A DNA stretch of 64,000 nt from NCBI RefSeq assembly GCF_006345805.1, contig NC_043023.1, forward strand, positions 5,952,001-6,016,000. The letters are read 5' to 3'. The notes beneath the pieces were generated by a model. The model had not been told where the DNA came from. It saw nothing but the letters and a program-made list of their open reading frames with translations, and did no database searches. Source of the DNA: Octopus sinensis. Its lineage: Eukaryota. Below, piece by piece: positions 52,377 through 64,000 of the stretch (the stretch's first letter is position 1; every line of letters begins with the position of its first letter). The translations under genes were made by a program, and so were the position numbers.

Positions 52377-53314
52377 TATATATATATATATATACACACA
52401 CACACAATGGGCTTCTTTCAGTTACCGTCTAGCAAATCCACACACAAGGCTTTGTTTGGCCCGAGGCTATAGTAGAAGACATTTCCCTAAGGTGCCATGC
52501 AGTGGGACTGAACCCGGAACCCTGTGCTCAGTAGAATATTTGCTATAATGATATTTATGCTTCAGTAACTCAGTGCTGAATCTGTAAGGTCAGTTTCAAA
52601 ACATTGATGTCCAGCTCACAAAAGCAAATAGTGAAGGGAATAGTAGTCATTTCCTTTGATTTCTAAATAGAAGCAAATAGGAAATAACACTTACTGACCA
52701 AAGAGAAAAACAAAAATTTGTTACACAGTGTTATTGAGTCCACTGGACTGGAGCTGACCTCAGGCTAAATACAAACAAAATGTAGGCCTGCTAGAAATAG
52801 CAGCCAAATCTCCCCAAAGAGCATATATAGTCCACTTCATAGCCTTCACCCACAAATGGCAGAACAGTCACATCTGGAGCAGAACTGTGTAATCCAATCA
52901 AAGCTGTTGCTGAGCAAACTGAAGTACTCCGAGGAGTAGTTCTTCTCACCTGAGAAGATCTTTGCTGAAGGTTAAAAAGCGAACAGGAGGAAAGATATAT
53001 CTCTGTACAAGCCAGACTGAAGTCCTCCACTGTTTTACACAACACACCAAGTTCCCATTGTCTGTGATGGTCATGGCTGGTTGTAAGCAATGAGGGCCAT
53101 GTTATGCCACCTCACTTTTTCCCCCGTAAGGTTTTAGGGTCAGTGGCAGCCTGCATCAAGGCAATTGAGATCGTTGTCAAACCCTAGGTTGAAAAAGTTG
53201 CCCTGGGGAGGCCATTGCAGGAAGGCTCTGTTCCTACAACATAGGAATGGCTGACTGAAAACTTTCACGATCATATCACCCCTAACATTTGACATCCCAA
53301 CTCTCTTGATTTAA

Positions 53315-53535
53315 CCCTTTCATTACTGTATTTATTTTGAGATCCTCTGTAATTCTTTCAATTATTTTAAATATAACGAAGAATTTAGTAAAATAACTTG
53401 GTTATCATTAAGCTAGTGTTAGGAACATAAATTGTGACCAAGGTCTGGTGGAAGATTTTAATTCAAAACTTATGAAAATGAGACATTTGTACTACAAAGC
53501 CAGAGCCGGTTTCAGCCAGGTTGGTAATGAAAGGG
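53315..53535. mobile_element. piggyBac-like MITE
   Basis: TTAA|CCCTTTCATTAC...GTAATGAAAGGG|TTAA, giving TIRs with a TTAA target duplication. Confidence 0.8.
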
Positions 53536-53860
53536 TTAAGCACCCTGGCCTACAAAATGGGGCATCATTAAGAAGGGAGATCAACAAGTATGCCCACAAC
53601 ACCAAGGGTTATTGGCATCTACTTTTACTGACATTAAGACCAACATGAATAAAGGTCGCTTGATCAAGGCATTCAGTTACTTCAGAAGTCATACCAATGC
53701 AGTAATTGAAGTTGATGGTAGTTTTATTGAATAATCTTTTCCCATGTGTATCTAAGAATATGTGTACAAAATTTTCTTAAAGTACATTTTATTTTTGTAA
53801 TAGTTTTGTTTTCCTTAAATCAAATTTTTTTTCTCAAATAGCTGTGTTTCTGAACATATG

Positions 53861-53900
<40 letters not shown>

Positions 53901-53902
<2 letters not shown>

Positions 53903-54310
53903 GTGTTGCCTACTTAAAATCAGAATTTAATGCTAAATTTCAGTAGAAAAAATACCAAAAGATGCTAAAAAATGCTAGATATGACAAAAAAAAAAAAGCT
54001 AAAGGCTAATTACATCAAAAAGCTCAATATTTATTTACATTTTTATTAACTTTCTTTAATTATATTCAGCATTGAGAAATAATTTCTTGGATTTCACTGA
54101 TTTTATCATTCTCAGCTGCAGTGCCTGGGTCTTGACTTCTGTATACATTCAAGGTCCCAATCTTGTTAATTATGAGTTTTGGAATATCGAAGTTTTCGCA
54201 ACATTTGCCATATCTTTTCAGGCCACATTTTATAGACAATATTGATCTAAGCATAGGAAGATGCATTTTGTTTTTCAATTTTGATTTGATTACACCCATA
54301 CTGCGCCTAT
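53901..54310 (-). pseudogene. hAT-like transposase C-terminal remnant with a possible TIR
   Basis: SMGVIKSKLKNKMHLPMLRSILSIKCGL resembles the hAT dimerisation region. cagtgttgcc at 53901 resembles a hAT terminus. Confidence 0.45.
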
Positions 54311-54848
54311 AGTTCATTATTTTGAAAATCAATTTAAACAGGACAGTGTATTTCAGTATAAATCTAGTAATGACAGGATTAACTCTCACTCAAAGACTAC
54401 CATAATTTTATTCAGTTCTAACTAAAAGGCTTTCAGTCCCTGGGGTGTCTTTTACCCACATAAATATTAGTTGAAAGAAATGTGAGTAACATGAGATGGC
54501 TTTTGATCAAAACTGAAAGGCATCTGTTACCACTTGTAAATATTTCTTCTAATCGCCAAATGCAGTGATTATTTTTTTAATTTTTCCATTAAATTCTTTG
54601 TACTTAACCACGTGTCTGGCAGAAAAATTTGTGCTGTTTACCCTTATAAGGAACTGGTTAATCATTTCTGCGAACCACTAGTTAATCATTCTTGTTATTT
54701 CTCTAACTACAAACACTACTTGGAAACATGGCTGCCTGTTGATGTGGACTCATAATATACTGTATGTATTTGCTTTATTTCTTTGTTTTCTTTGTATTTT
54801 GTATTTCTTGCTTTTGCCAAAATAAAAGACTTGTATATATCTGTGTGC

Positions 54849-54906
<58 letters not shown>

Positions 54907-56939
54907 TAAAAGACATATATAACAGAACTGCAAGTGTAAAGTATAAGATAGCCTTGAGCGTAAATCTTCCTAAGAGTCAGTAGTGGTTTTCCTTGATCAC
55001 AAGTGGACGGTCATCATTATGTGTGTATGTATATATATATATATATATATAAATATATATATATTTCTTTACTACCCACAAGGGGCTAAACATAGAGGGG
55101 ACAAATAAGGACAGACAAACGGATTAAGTTGATTATATCGACCCCAGTGCGTAACTGGTACTTAATTTATCGACCCCGAAAGGATGAAAGGCAAAGTCGA
55201 CCTCGGCGGAATATATATACATATGCATATGTGTATATGTATATATATATATATATATATACACACAAACATACACACACACATACATTCGCCATGATAG
55301 ATTGGTCGCCACTACACACAGTTTTTCTCTCCTTGTTTCTTTCCTTGTTTCTTTCTGTGACCCTTTCTGTAGAAGAGCGTAGGCTCAAAATATCAAAGCC
55401 TTTTTCAATTCCCGAGTGTTATACTAATACATCTGTTTGTTTTCTACACCACCTGTCGTCGTCTTTTGTTTTTTTCATAAACTCTCCCTATATATATGTA
55501 TATATATACATATAAATGCAAGAACCAAGGATCAAGGTGTAGAAAGAAAGTTAGCTTCAAGCAAACTGTAGTAAATATAATAAAAAACTATCAAGGACAA
55601 TATTGGTTTATGGAGACGGAAAGTTGTTGATTTTTTTATAATCGAAGTATGGTAAACTGAAAAAAGTTCTTTATATATTTCATGGTAGGCAACCAGAGCT
55701 ACGGAATAAGTAGATAAGATCTGGACTAATCAAGATATCCTTGGCCTGAAAAGAAGCCTGCAGTGTACCCCTCGCTTGAATATTTACCACTTCTGAGGTT
55801 CCACTTACTATGAAACATATATAGCCCAGATCTTATCTACCCCATTCTATAACTCTTGTATATATGTTTTCGTTTCTCATTGTGTTCAACAATTTTTTGA
55901 TGTCCTGAACCCATATATGCATGTATATATACATATAGATGTAGGTATGTACATATATGTATGTACATGTGCATATATTTATATAATATTTGTATTATTA
56001 TATGATCGAACGCCACACATCCTTTTCCAAGTAAGTTTCATCTTTATAATTACAATGCGCACTCTTCTATCTCCACTATCTCTTCTCTGTCTCTCTCTCT
56101 CCCTCTCTTGTTCTTCATCCTTTCTGGCTTTCTCTCCCACCCATCCCTATTTTTCTCCTCTCCCCTTCAACGTTCCCTGTCTCTTACTCCTCCTCCTCCT
56201 CCTCCTCGAATCTCTAGTCATTGACAGGAGATCAGTGGGAAGCCATCTTTCTGACTGCTATCTTCACCAAGACCAGACCAGCTTGTCCTGTCTCTTTCAT
56301 AAGCTGTCTCCTATTATTTCACAATAATTTTTTCCATTGTCTTGGTTTAACAGCCTTCATCATTTGTTTTTACTGCGTTATTCTCCTTGTCCTGTCTTTT
56401 ACTGTTTATATTTTTTATTGTTTTTACTGTCTTGTTTTGTTCTCACTGTCCTGTTCTTCTTACCACTTTCACCCTCCACAAAAAATCCCAAATTTTATTT
56501 AATTTGCTTTGCGGGAAGGACTGTTTCAAAGGAGTCGTGTCTTGCCCTTACCTTCGAAACACGGTGTAGTCAAAGCGGGGGCAGCTGAAGAAGGGGAATG
56601 TTCCTTGTGTTGTATGTCTTGTACTCTGTTTTTTCGTTGTTTGAAAAAAAGTTCGTTTCCATGTTTTTGTTTTTATGTTTTCGTTTCTCATTGTGTTCAA
56701 CGTTTTTTTCGTGTCCTGTGCCCATATATACATGTATATATACATATATAGATGTAGGTATGTACATATATGTGTGTATATGTGCATATGTTTATATATT
56801 ATTATATTATTGTGTGTATATATATATATATATATTTGTATATATGTATACATATACATATATACTTATATACATATATATCTCTATATATATATATATA
56901 TTTGAATGTATGTATACATATGCGTATATACTTATTTAC

Positions 56940-56971
<32 letters not shown>

Positions 56972-58172
56972 TTATTATTATTATTATTATTATTAGTATT
57001 AGTATTAGTATTATCCCTTTGTTTATTAGTATTATTATTTCGCCTCGTATTGCATATTCTGTATAATTTATTAGTTATTGTAGACCATCGGTTTTCCGGC
57101 CTCGTGTCTCGCTAAATACAGAATAGATATTTGAGTTTCTCCATACAGGATTTTTTCAATGGCGGCCGATTTTCGCGGGGTTCCACTATTCCCTTCTCTC
57201 TCTCTCTCTCCCTCTTTTACGTTGTATGCCCCCCTCTTCCTTTCCCCCCTTCCATGCTAAGAGCATTTTTAAGCCAGCCCGTCAAGTTCAACCTTCGCAT
57301 ATTCTCGGTGCACCCGCCCTTGCCCACCCCCACCACCAATACCGGATATCTCTATATTTTTTCTCCATCTATACCGGATGTCGCTTCTCCCACCACCATT
57401 ATAGGTGTCTACTCTTCGAACCCCCCTCTTCAATACGCTATTTCACCATGCATTACCCCTCTCGTGATACCCTACGTTCTACTTGTCTAGAACCTGTCAT
57501 CATTTCTCCGAACACCCCTCCCCACTGGTGCTCCCCTATATTTCTGCACCCTCCCCCCACATAAAAAGCACCATCCGAACGTGGCCGATGCCAGCACCGC
57601 CCCGACTGGCTTCTGTGCAGGTGGCACATAAAAAGCACCAACTGACCGTGGCCGATGCCAGACCCCTCTGGCACCTGTGCAGGTGGCACGTAAAAAGCAC
57701 CCACTACACTCGCGGAGTGGTTGGCGTTAGGAAGGGCATCCAGCTGTAGAAACACTGTCAGACCAGACTGGAGCCTGGGGCAGCCCCTGGCTCCCCAGAA
57801 CCCGGTCGAAACCGTCCAACCCGTGCTAGCGCGGAAAACGGACGTTAAACGATGATGATGATGATGATGATATTTGTATGTATGTATACATATTCGTATA
57901 TACTTATATACATATATATATATATATTAATAGCACCACCTGATAGGATTATTTGAATCCTGTTTAAGTCAAGTTTTGTTTATGGTCCATTCAACTCACT
58001 ACTTGAATGGACCCTAAACAAAAATTGACTCAAACAGCATTCAAATAATCCTATCAGGTGGTGCTATTAAGTTAGACATGGCCTGGACCAATCTTTGGTC
58101 GAAACATATCTAAGTTTATCTAAGTCTATATATATATATATATATATTTGTATGTTTGTATACATATACTTA

Positions 58173-58223
<51 letters not shown>

Positions 58224-58845
58224 ATAAAATTGAAGAAATTGAGGTCAACAAGAAGGAGTATAGTTGGTCAGTTATTTTTTAACCACTACAATTGATTCCA
58301 CCTAGCATGGTTCTCCATAAAATACAGGCATTTGATTATGCAACTGTTTGTTTGCATAATGAGATCTAGATGTGTTTCATCAGGTGATATTCGAGTGTTG
58401 TCTCCATTAATTTAAAATCTTTGGCTTCTTGACAACCGATGGTGGTGTGTTTACATCCCCTGTAACTTAGTGGTTCAGCAAAAGTGACTGATAGAATAAG
58501 TACTAGGCTTACAAAGGATAAGTCCTGGGGTCGATTTGCTCGACTAAAGGCGGTGCTCCAGCATGGCCACAGTCACATAACTGAAACAAGTAAAAGAGTA
58601 AACAGAATATACACAAATGACAGGATGTTTATGGTTGAAGTGCTAGAAGTAACGGCCTAATTTCCCTTAAATCATGCTCTACTGTAGTCAACAATCCGAT
58701 CATGGATGGAACAGCTTCCATCATCAGTCTGCTGGGTCAGGTATGAGATAAGTTTTAACTGACCCCTGTAACCCTTATTTTCTTCTTTCTTTTTCAGACA
58801 ACCCAATAAATCTACAGCAAGACAGTTAACCCTGCTAAACACACT

Positions 58846-58906
58846 ATGAAGATTTCACCAGTATCCATCTTTATCCTTGTTGCTGTAGCTGGGTCAGTCT
58901 ATTCAG
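58846..58906 (+). CDS. Inverted paralog, signal-peptide exon MKISPVSIFILVAVAGSVYS
   Basis: Reverse-complement match to 42342-42402 with one aa change (L to V). GTAAG donor and upstream acceptor at ~58798 are intact. Confidence 0.85.
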
Positions 58907-60710
58907 GTAAGTTTAATCCTTCAATATATATGTATACTAGCAGTAATACCCATCGTTCATCGGATAATTACTTTTACTCTTTCTCAGGAGTCACTTCAAA
59001 GTATTATGATATATATAATAGAATTCTCAACGGGGATTTCAGGGGAAAGTTTCAGGTTGTCGCTGGTGATGTATCATGATGATCAAAAATCCTGCCTGCT
59101 AAAATTTGGTTAAAGTGATTCAAACTGCAGACTCAATGCAAAATGGTCACATTTAATTCAAAGCGTTAAAAATGTTATGAAAACAATTGGTATGTGTTCA
59201 CAAAGTCCAAACGATTAATACAAAAAAAACCCTCCAGGCTACATCCTGAAAATTCATTTCTTTGCCGAATTTCTACAATGTTTACAGTGATTCGTTTTTA
59301 TATCTTGATTTTTTATTTTTCATGCAATTTACGCAGGCTTCCACGCATGGTGAACACAGTTCACGTCAAACAGCTGACTGAGTAAAGTTCACTATTCAAT
59401 GCATGGGATAAGGCCTAAACAAACACATTATCGAATTTTGCACTTGCGAGATGAATTTCCGAACAGAAATAGCGCAGTTCAATTTTCATTCGCCTAAACT
59501 TTAAGTGACCCATTTTTGATGATTCTACGATTTGTTGGCTAGGAGGAGATGTGCCGGGAAGTTAAACACACAGACACACACACAGATACACACACAGACA
59601 CACAAGTTGAGTTTTATATATATAGATGTATGTATGGATGTATATATGGATGGATGGATGACTGGATGGATGTAGGCATGTCATTTTTCAGTTTTACTTC
59701 AAGATTTCTTGCCAATAGAGAATGAACCAGTTTCTAACCTTGATCCAAGGCTCCTTCATTGGAATTTCAACATCAACAACAGGGCATTTTTGTATGTATG
59801 TAAAGATGGAAAATGGAATATATGACAATTTATTATTAATCACAACAATTGTTTCGACACATCTAGCATATTAATTCCTCGTGGATAGAGCACTCAACAA
59901 CTGGTTCAGAGGTATCCAGTGGTGCAGATGTATCTCGTCGGGTGATAAATAGACACAACTCATTAAAATAACAGTTCCACAATGTATCTTTTATTGTTTT
60001 GGTCACTTGACTGTGGCCATGCTGGGGCACTGCCTTGAAGAAATTTAGTTGAATGACTTGACCCTAGTACTTATTTCTTTAAGCCTGGTACTTATTCCAA
60101 AAGTCCCTTTTGCCAAACAGCTAAGTTACAAGGCGACAAATATACAAACAATGGTTATCAAAGACACAAGCACATAGGCATACATATATGCAATGAGCAT
60201 TTTTCAGTTGTTGTCTACTAAATCCAATCACAAGACTTTGATCATCCCAAGGCCATAGTAGAAGAGACTTGCCCAAGGTGCCACTCAGTGGGACTGAATC
60301 CAGGACCAGGTTGTTGGGAAGCAAATTTCTTACCACAGAGCCAAACCTGTGCCCATAATATATATATGTGTGTGTGTGTGTGTGAGTGTGTGAGTGTTTG
60401 TGTGTGTGGGGGTGCAATGGCCCAGTGGTTAGGGCAGTGGACTCGCAGTCAGAGGATTGCGGTTTCGATTCCCAGACCGGGCGTTGTGTGTGTTTATTGA
60501 AGGAAAACACCTGAAAGCTCCATGAGGCTCCAGCAGGGGGTGGTGGTGATCCCTGTTGTACTCTTTCGCCCCCAACTTCCTCTCACTCTCTCTTCCTGTT
60601 TCTTGAGTAACGCTGTGATGGACTGGCATCACGTCCAGCTGGGGGGAACACATACACCACAAAAACTGGGCCCATGAGCCTGGCTAGGCTTGAAAAGGGC
60701 ACATAGATAA

Positions 60711-60744
<34 letters not shown>

Positions 60745-60824
60745 ATATATATCTACATATGTATGTATGAATGTATGTATATATATATATATTTCATTTA
60801 AAAGCTTCAGAAATTCAACCAAAC

Positions 60825-60862
60825 CTGTTACTTGAAGTTTCACATTCCTGTTCGTCAGACAG
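60825..60862 (-). ncRNA. Minimal type I hammerhead ribozyme with canonical core, in a ~190-bp repeat (60793-60980)
   Basis: Minus strand: ctgt CTGACGA ACA ggaa TGT GAAA CTTcAAGT A acag. That is stem I 4 bp, CUGACGA, stem II 3 bp, GAAA, quasi-palindromic helix III ACUU/AAGU, and a GUA cleavage triplet. Confidence 0.75.
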
Positions 60863-61647
60863 TTTTTGTTAAAATAGAACCGATATGCCAGCTGCTTTTA
60901 AATAAAGCATATTACTCTACCCCTGGTATTTGAGTACTCTTTTTTTCCACCTTGTTTCACATTTATGTGTTTACTCCGGTATATATATATGTGGCTGTGC
61001 GGTAAGTAGCTTGCTAACCAACCACATGGTTCCGGGTTCAGTCCCACTGCGTGGCACCTTCGGCAAGTGTCTTCTGCTATAGCCCCGGGCCGACCAATGC
61101 CTTGTGAATGGATTTGGTAGACGGAAACTGAAAGAAGCCTGTCGTATATATGTATATATATATATGTATGTGTGTGTCTGTGTTTGTCGCCCTAGCATTG
61201 CTTGACAACCGATGCTGGTGTGTCTACGTCCCCGTCACTTAGCGGTTCGGCAAAAAGAGATCGATAGAATAAGTACTGGGCTTACAAAAGAATAAGTCCC
61301 GGGGTCGATTTGCTCGACTAAAGGCGGCGCTCCAGCATGGCCGCAGTCAAATGACTGAAACAAGTAAAAGAATAAAAGAAAGAATAAAGAATATATATAT
61401 TTATACACACACTCACACAGACACACACACACACATTCCACCACATACACACACAAACACACAATGATCTGTTTTCAGTTTCTGTCTAATAAATCAACTC
61501 AAAAGTCTTTGATCATCTCAGGCCTATAGGAGAAGACACCAGTGCAAGTTGTCTTGCAGTGGGATTGAACCTGACATGACATGTTCGGGATTCAAACACA
61601 TAACTACACAACCATAGTGATCCTCTCCTTTCCACTTTCTATTACAG

Positions 61648-61753
61648 GTATCCAGCCGCCTGTGATGGTAATCAACCCACGTGCCCTGGTACTATTTACA
61701 GAGTTAGAGACTGTGGACCTTCCATGCAAGGCCAGTGGAGAACCACAACCTAC
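61648..61753 (+). CDS. Inverted paralog, Ig1 N-half exon; the rest of the gene lies beyond the window end
   Basis: Same protein as 39287-39392 with two synonymous changes (GAA/GAG, GGG/GGA). AG/GTAAG intact. Confidence 0.88.
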
Positions 61754-61983
61754 GTAAGTATTGTTGTTTGAGTAGTAGTACAAGTAGTAGTGGTGGTGGT
61801 GGTGTTAGTGTAGTCATGTGACAATTGTAAACACTAGTGTCAGAGTGCAATTATACACAGAAAGTGGTATCACAATCATAAATAAGAAAACATGGGAACA
61901 AATTGGTAAACCCAAGTTATGTAGTTCAAACAAAATAGCCTACAGCAGGGGTGGGGAAGGTTTTTAGTGCAGTGGGCAAGGTC

Positions 61984-62254
61984 TGCGGTCAGAGCACAGG
62001 TTCTAACACTTATATCTGTGTTAATCTTACTCTTTACTCTTTTACTAGTTTCAGTCATTTGACTGCGGCCATGCTGGAGCACTGCCTTTAATCGAGCAAA
62101 TCGACCCTGGGACTTATTCTTTTGTAAGCCCAGTACTTATTCTATCGGTCTCTTTTGCCGAACCGCTAAGTAACGGGGACATAAACACACACACCAGCAT
62201 CGGTTGTCAAGCAATGCTAGGGGGACAAACACAGACACACAAACACACACACGC

Positions 62255-62289
<35 letters not shown>

Positions 62290-62455
62290 TGATGGGCTTC
62301 TTTCAGTTTCCATCTACCAAATCCACTCACAAGGTTTTGGTCGGCCTGAAGATATTAGTAGAAGACACTTGCCCAGGGTGCCACGCAGTGGGACTGAACC
62401 CGGAGCCATGTGGTTGGTAAACAAGCTACTTACCACACAGCCACTCCTGCGCCTA
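61984..62455 (-). mobile_element. Representative of the dominant tRNA-derived SINE (>20 full or partial copies, e.g. 1530-1925, 20225-20647, 22142-22520, 24245-24645, 24790-25210, 25735-26152, 38620-39050, 60985-61385); the SINE proper spans ~62030-62455
   Basis: Head ggcgcaggagtggctgtgtggtaag with an A box and a B box (ggttcagtccc), internal (TA)n(TG)n, and a gagtaaaa-repeat tail. Confidence 0.85.
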
Positions 62456-64000
62456 TATCTTGTATATATCTATATATATATAATCTTGTATATATAATTT
62501 GATATACATTTATAAAGATAAGTTTAACACATTAAATTGACACATCTTCATTAACACCGCTACGGAATTCCGCTGTGTTGTGCCAGTGCCACTGTACTGA
62601 CTCCTGTGCAGGTGGCACATAAAAATCATCATTTGAGCGTGGCCATTGCCAGTACTGCCAGACTGGCCCTCATGCCGGTGGCACTTTGAAAGCACCCACT
62701 ACACTTTCAGAGTGATTGGCGTTAGGAAAGGCATCCTGCTGTAGAAACTGCCAAATTAGATTGGAGCCTGGTGCAGCCATCTGATTCGCCAGTCCTCAGT
62801 CAAATCATCCAACCCCTGCTAGCATGGAAAGCGGACGCTAAACGAGGATGATGATGATGAGGTATTCTGTATTTTTCAGCTAAAGGGTAGTTGAGTCTCG
62901 AGGGGGGGGTTCAAACCTAGCAGTATGTGTTTTATTGTGAAAACAAAATGTCCATTCAAACGCCATTTACCAGACGATTTGTAACCATTAAAAGTCGTAG
63001 AGGAAACGCGACCTATGTGGCAAACAGGTATATAAATATTCTCTTCTAGTCTAGGCACAAGGCCTGAAATTTTATGGGAGGGGGCCAGTTGATTAGATCG
63101 ACCCCAGTATGCAACTGGTTCTTAATTTATCGACCCCAAAAGGATGAAAGGCAAAGCCAACCTCAGCAGAATTTGAACTCAAAACATAAAGACAGATGAA
63201 ATACTCCTAAGCATTTCGCCCGGTGGGCTAACATTTTTGCCAGCTCACCACCTTAGGTATATACTCCTTATTCTTTTACTTGTTTCAGTCATTTGACTGC
63301 GGCCATGCTGGAGCACTGCCTTTAGTTGAGGAAATCGACCCCAGGACTTATTCTTTGTAAACCTAGTACTTATTTTGTCAGTCTATTTTGCCGAACTGCT
63401 AAGTTATGGGGACATAAACACACCAGCATCAGTTGTCAAGTGATGTTTGGGGGGGGGGCAAATATATATACGACAGGCTTCTTTCAGTTTCCGTCTACAA
63501 AATCCACTCACTATCAGTTGCCTGGATAGCCATCCTTGCCAGCTATGCAGACAATACGAAAGTCTTGCAGAAAATACAAAACCCCAGCGATGTTGCACAC
63601 CTGCAGCAGGAGTTTGACTCAATTTACAGATGGGATGAGGATAATAATATGCCGGAACTACTGCTCGTAGCTATGGTTACCCCACAGTGTAAAATTAATA
63701 GCGGAACTTGAAGCAATCCAGCAAAGCTTCACAAAGAAGATTGTCTTATTGCAATAGCTCAGCAACTGGAATAGGCTGATAGAGCTAAGACTCTACTCCG
63801 TGAAGTGAAGGTGGGAGAGATATGCAGTAATATAGATCTGGAAGATCCTGGAAGGGATTGTGCCAAATTTTGGCATTTAAAGCTACACAAATGCCAGAAC
63901 CGGTTGCCCCTGCACAGTACCAAAGATTCCAGCCAAGCTATTGTGCTTCAGGACCAGTTACTGCAACAGCCTGGGTTTCAGGGGCCCCACAGCTTTTTAA

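Larger units (their letters stand above)
54305..64000. repeat. Right arm of the inverted duplication (runs off the window)
   Basis: Reverse complement of ~37057-49835, lacking the left-arm-only insertions (RTE fragment, array element, mariner) and carrying its own insertion at ~60790-61390. Confidence 0.9.

Noticed and set aside
56505-56605. Hammerhead in the 43570-43800 / 56480-56700 repeat (GAAACACGGTGTA ... CTGAAGAAGG)
   Set aside because: Core pieces are present but in permuted order, and I could not form a convincing stem I. Left as uncalled pending a family consensus.
58062-58120. Hammerhead-like hairpin gacca/tggtc followed by GAAAC (also ~11480-11530); likewise ctgagg...gaaac near 55790-55825 and ctgatga near 17965
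   Set aside because: No recognisable complete core with all three stems; too degenerate to support.
58220-58365. TATA box and paired C/EBP-like sites (ttatgcaa / ttgcataa) as the promoter of the paralog
   Set aside because: Short motifs are expected by chance in AT-rich DNA, and there is no transcription start evidence.

Overview
Eukaryotic genomic DNA that is AT-rich and dense in microsatellites and transposons. The repeat content (tRNA-derived SINEs with internal (TA)n(TG)n, RTE 3' ends with (GAT)n tails, Helitrons) looks like octopus/coleoid cephalopod DNA; this is inferred from pattern, not from a search. Almost all ORFs in the supplied track are spurious reads of microsatellites or repeats. 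Real coding content: (1) a minus-strand multi-exon L1CAM/neuroglian/hemolin-like Ig-superfamily gene that I reassembled by hand from 13 coding exons with GT-AG sites and matching phases: signal peptide, Ig1-Ig2-Ig3-Ig4, an Ig6-like domain with a 1-nt frameshift, then a second diverged Ig1'-Ig2'-Ig3' module that runs off the window start. (2) A near-identical head-to-head copy of its 5' end on the plus strand, created by an inverted duplication (about 37.06-49.84 kb vs 54.3-64.0 kb). (3) Transposon ORFs: an RTE LINE, R4/Dong-like RLE LINEs in (AAT)n arrays, a decayed mariner, and Penelope-like, CR1/L2-like, hAT-like and Gypsy-protease remnants. The most unusual observation is that several unrelated short repeats in (TA)n tracts fold by eye into minimal type I hammerhead ribozymes. 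One is an array of 17 x ~82-bp units, each a hammerhead with a swapped G3:C8 core pair (GUGAACA instead of CUGANGA). All folds, alignments and counts were done by eye and need computational and biochemical confirmation. The 44-48 kb region shows homopolymer noise typical of long-read consensus.
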